From an uncultured delta proteobacterium (GTDB taxonomy: Bacteria > Desulfobacterota > Desulfobacteria > Desulfobacterales > JAHEIW01), in NCBI GenBank assembly GCA_963706575.1, contig CAVPNL010000020.1, positions 1 to 17,897 of the forward strand: DNA of 17,897 bases. Reading direction: 5' to 3'. How positions within the stretch are numbered: position 1 is the stretch's first letter; each line of letters begins with the position of its first letter. This document shows positions 16,034 through 17,897 of this stretch, one piece after another. Made by a program: the position numbers and the translations under genes. The notes under the pieces are model-generated. The model was not told where the DNA came from. It made no database searches and saw nothing but the letters and a program-made list of their open reading frames with translations.

Positions 16034-16962
16034 AAACAGTCTTGAAAATTGTTATATCCTCCCTTTTTATCGGATATCTTTCTTTCAAGGTCGACGTTTC
16101 TTCACTGGTCGATAAAATGGGCAGCATTGATGTTGGCCTTTACGTAATTTCTACACTCCTTGCTGTGTTATCAGGAATCATCGTAGCCGCAAAACATTAT
16201 TTCCTCATAAAAGGAAGCGCTATTAATCATTCGCTGTTTTCATTAGTAAAAATAAATTTCATTGCCAGATTTTATGCACTTTTCCTACCGTCAGCCGTCG
16301 GAAGAGAGGTTGTCAGATGGATTAAAGTTACCCGCAACAAAAATGGCAGGGCTCAATTTTTAGCTTCGATCGTATTCGAACGGTTAACCTTTCTACTCGT
16401 GCTTCTATGCTGTGGGATAATTCCGCTATTTTTCTATCAATCAAATTCCGCGATCGAGACAATAAGGATTCGCATTTTGCCAATAGCCATCATCGGGATA
16501 TGTCTGGTGTCGCTATTTATTTTGTTTTATATTTTTGCGCCAATACATGATCTGATTAAATCATTGGTATATTCAACACTGCAGCGAATACGATTTAAGT
16601 TAGATGTTGATGCTTATTTTGAAAACCCGAATCTCAATATAATGAACACGAAGACGTTTGCTGTTATTCTCGGGCTGAGTATTGTTTGGCAAATATTTTT
16701 TATCTGCAGACTGCTGGTTCTTATTAAAGCCTCATCTGTTCAGTTGGGCTTTCTGGATATCACATGGATCGGCTCACTGGTACTGCTGCTGCAAACGATA
16801 CCTATTTCTTTTGCTGGGATTGGATTAAGAGAAGGCGCTTTGGCCTATTTATTTTCTTTATTTAATTTACCCCCCGAAAAAGGGGTTCTAATTGGAATTT
16901 TATTTTTCTCCCAGATGTTGATCATTTCTTTTGTGGGGGGAATTCTTGAATTGGTTGAATAA
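16015..16962 (+). CDS. UPF0104/lysylphosphatidylglycerol-synthase TM-domain protein (putative lipid-linked sugar flippase)
   Basis: Multi-TM; FYALFLPSAVGREVVR, SIVFERL, IPISFAGIGLREGA motifs; overlaps the end of the sulfotransferase gene. Confidence 0.8.
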   Translation: MDKRYLKTVLKIVISSLFIGYLSFKVDVSSLVDKMGSIDVGLYVISTLLAVLSGIIVAAKHYFLIKGSAINHSLFSLVKINFIARFYALFLPSAVGREVVRWIKVTRNKNGRAQFLASIVFERLTFLLVLLCCGIIPLFFYQSNSAIETIRIRILPIAIIGICLVSLFILFYIFAPIHDLIKSLVYSTLQRIRFKLDVDAYFENPNLNIMNTKTFAVILGLSIVWQIFFICRLLVLIKASSVQLGFLDITWIGSLVLLLQTIPISFAGIGLREGALAYLFSLFNLPPEKGVLIGILFFSQMLIISFVGGILELVE

Positions 16963-17000
16963 AAGAAGTTCGAGACGCTATCAATCAAAAACGTGGAGCT

Positions 17001-17897
17001 ATGATGCAGAAATCCAACGAATTAAGCAGAAATCATTCTATTTTATTGATATTCTTGGTGCTTTCTGTTTTTTTGGTTTTGGGCTTTTTGCTTTATTCCA
17101 ACACCTTTGAAAGTCCATTTGTTTTTGATGATACACACAGAATTGAGGAAAATCAGAGCATTCGAATAACTGAGCTTAGCGCGGCAAACCTGATTGATAC
17201 CGCATTTGGCAAACAATCTGCAAAGACACGACCCATTGGCAATGTTACGTTTGCTTTAAATTATTACTTCCATCAGTACAACGTGGAAGGCTACCATCTT
17301 GTTAATATCGTTATACACATTTTAGCCGGTATATTCCTCTTCATTTTTGTCCAAACCACCTTAAATCTTCCTTCACTTAGACTGAAGTTGATCAAACTTT
17401 CATGGTTGCCTTTTTTGCGGCTTTGCTTTGGTTGGTTCATCCGATCCAAACCCAATCGGTTACCTATATTGTGCAGCGCATGAACAGTATGGCAGCCCTG
17501 TTTTATATTCTTGCTTTTTGGCTCTATGTGAAAGGGCGTCTTGCGGCGCACCCGGGCAGGAAATGGGGCTGGTTCGGCAGCGCTGCACTGGCATGGATAT
17601 TCGCACTGGGGAGCAAACAAAACGCTGCCACCTTGCCGTTTTTTGTTTTTCTTTACGAGTGGTATTTCTTCCAGGATCTTAGCGCCGATTGGTTGAAGCG
17701 AAATTTGAAAATTGTTCTGTTGGTTGTTTTTGTTTTTGGTATGATCGCGCTATTATATTTAGGTTTTGATCCTATAGAGAGATTATCGTCAATTAATGAC
17801 TTTGCAAACAAGGAATTTACCCTTTATGAAAGGCTAATGACTCAGTTTCGAGTGGTGATTCATTATATCAGCCTGATATTTTTCCCCCCATCCCTCT
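17001..17897 (+). CDS. TMTC-like GT-C membrane glycosyltransferase (protein O-mannosyltransferase-like); partial, with a frameshift near 17388
   Basis: LYSNTFESPFVFDD, TRPIGNVTFALNY, GYHLVNIVIH in the first frame. After a -1 shift the frame is open to the window end: ALLWLVHPIQTQSVTYIVQRMNSMAALFY...ALGSKQNAATLP...ERLMTQFRVVIHYISLIFFPHP. Confidence 0.82.

Noticed and set aside
17385..17400. TMTC-like gene as a 160-aa protein or pseudogene
   Set aside because: The -1 frame continues with conserved HPIQTQSVTYIVQR and stays open to the window end; a one-base deletion explains it.

Overview
Bacterial chromosomal window. Gene content and style suggest a Desulfobacterales-like deltaproteobacterium (inference). 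From left to right: (1) a decayed small GIY-YIG nuclease gene bracketed by 27-bp inverted palindromes; (2) a secreted FG-GAP/VCBS protein converging on a porin-like beta-barrel gene that has a long structured leader; (3) a minus-strand housekeeping run, argS - SPOR protein - gatC - gatA - 60-aa protein - four-helix-bundle protein - mutL; (4) a divergent plus-strand glycosylation cluster encoding a nucleotide-sugar dehydratase, UDP-sulfoquinovose synthase, DUF2304-GT2, a sulfotransferase, a UPF0104/flippase-like protein and a TMTC-like GT-C. Almost every intergenic gap in the left two-thirds holds a different palindromic or MITE-like element. The most interesting observations are a four-helix-bundle (23S-IVP/Avd-like) gene enclosed by inverted heptamer arrays, with gene-less copies of the same architecture nearby; a GIY-YIG/REP-like cassette with a matching empty doublet; and a candidate sulfoquinovose protein-glycosylation pathway. 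Three genes carry single-base deletions in T runs that are probably assembly errors.
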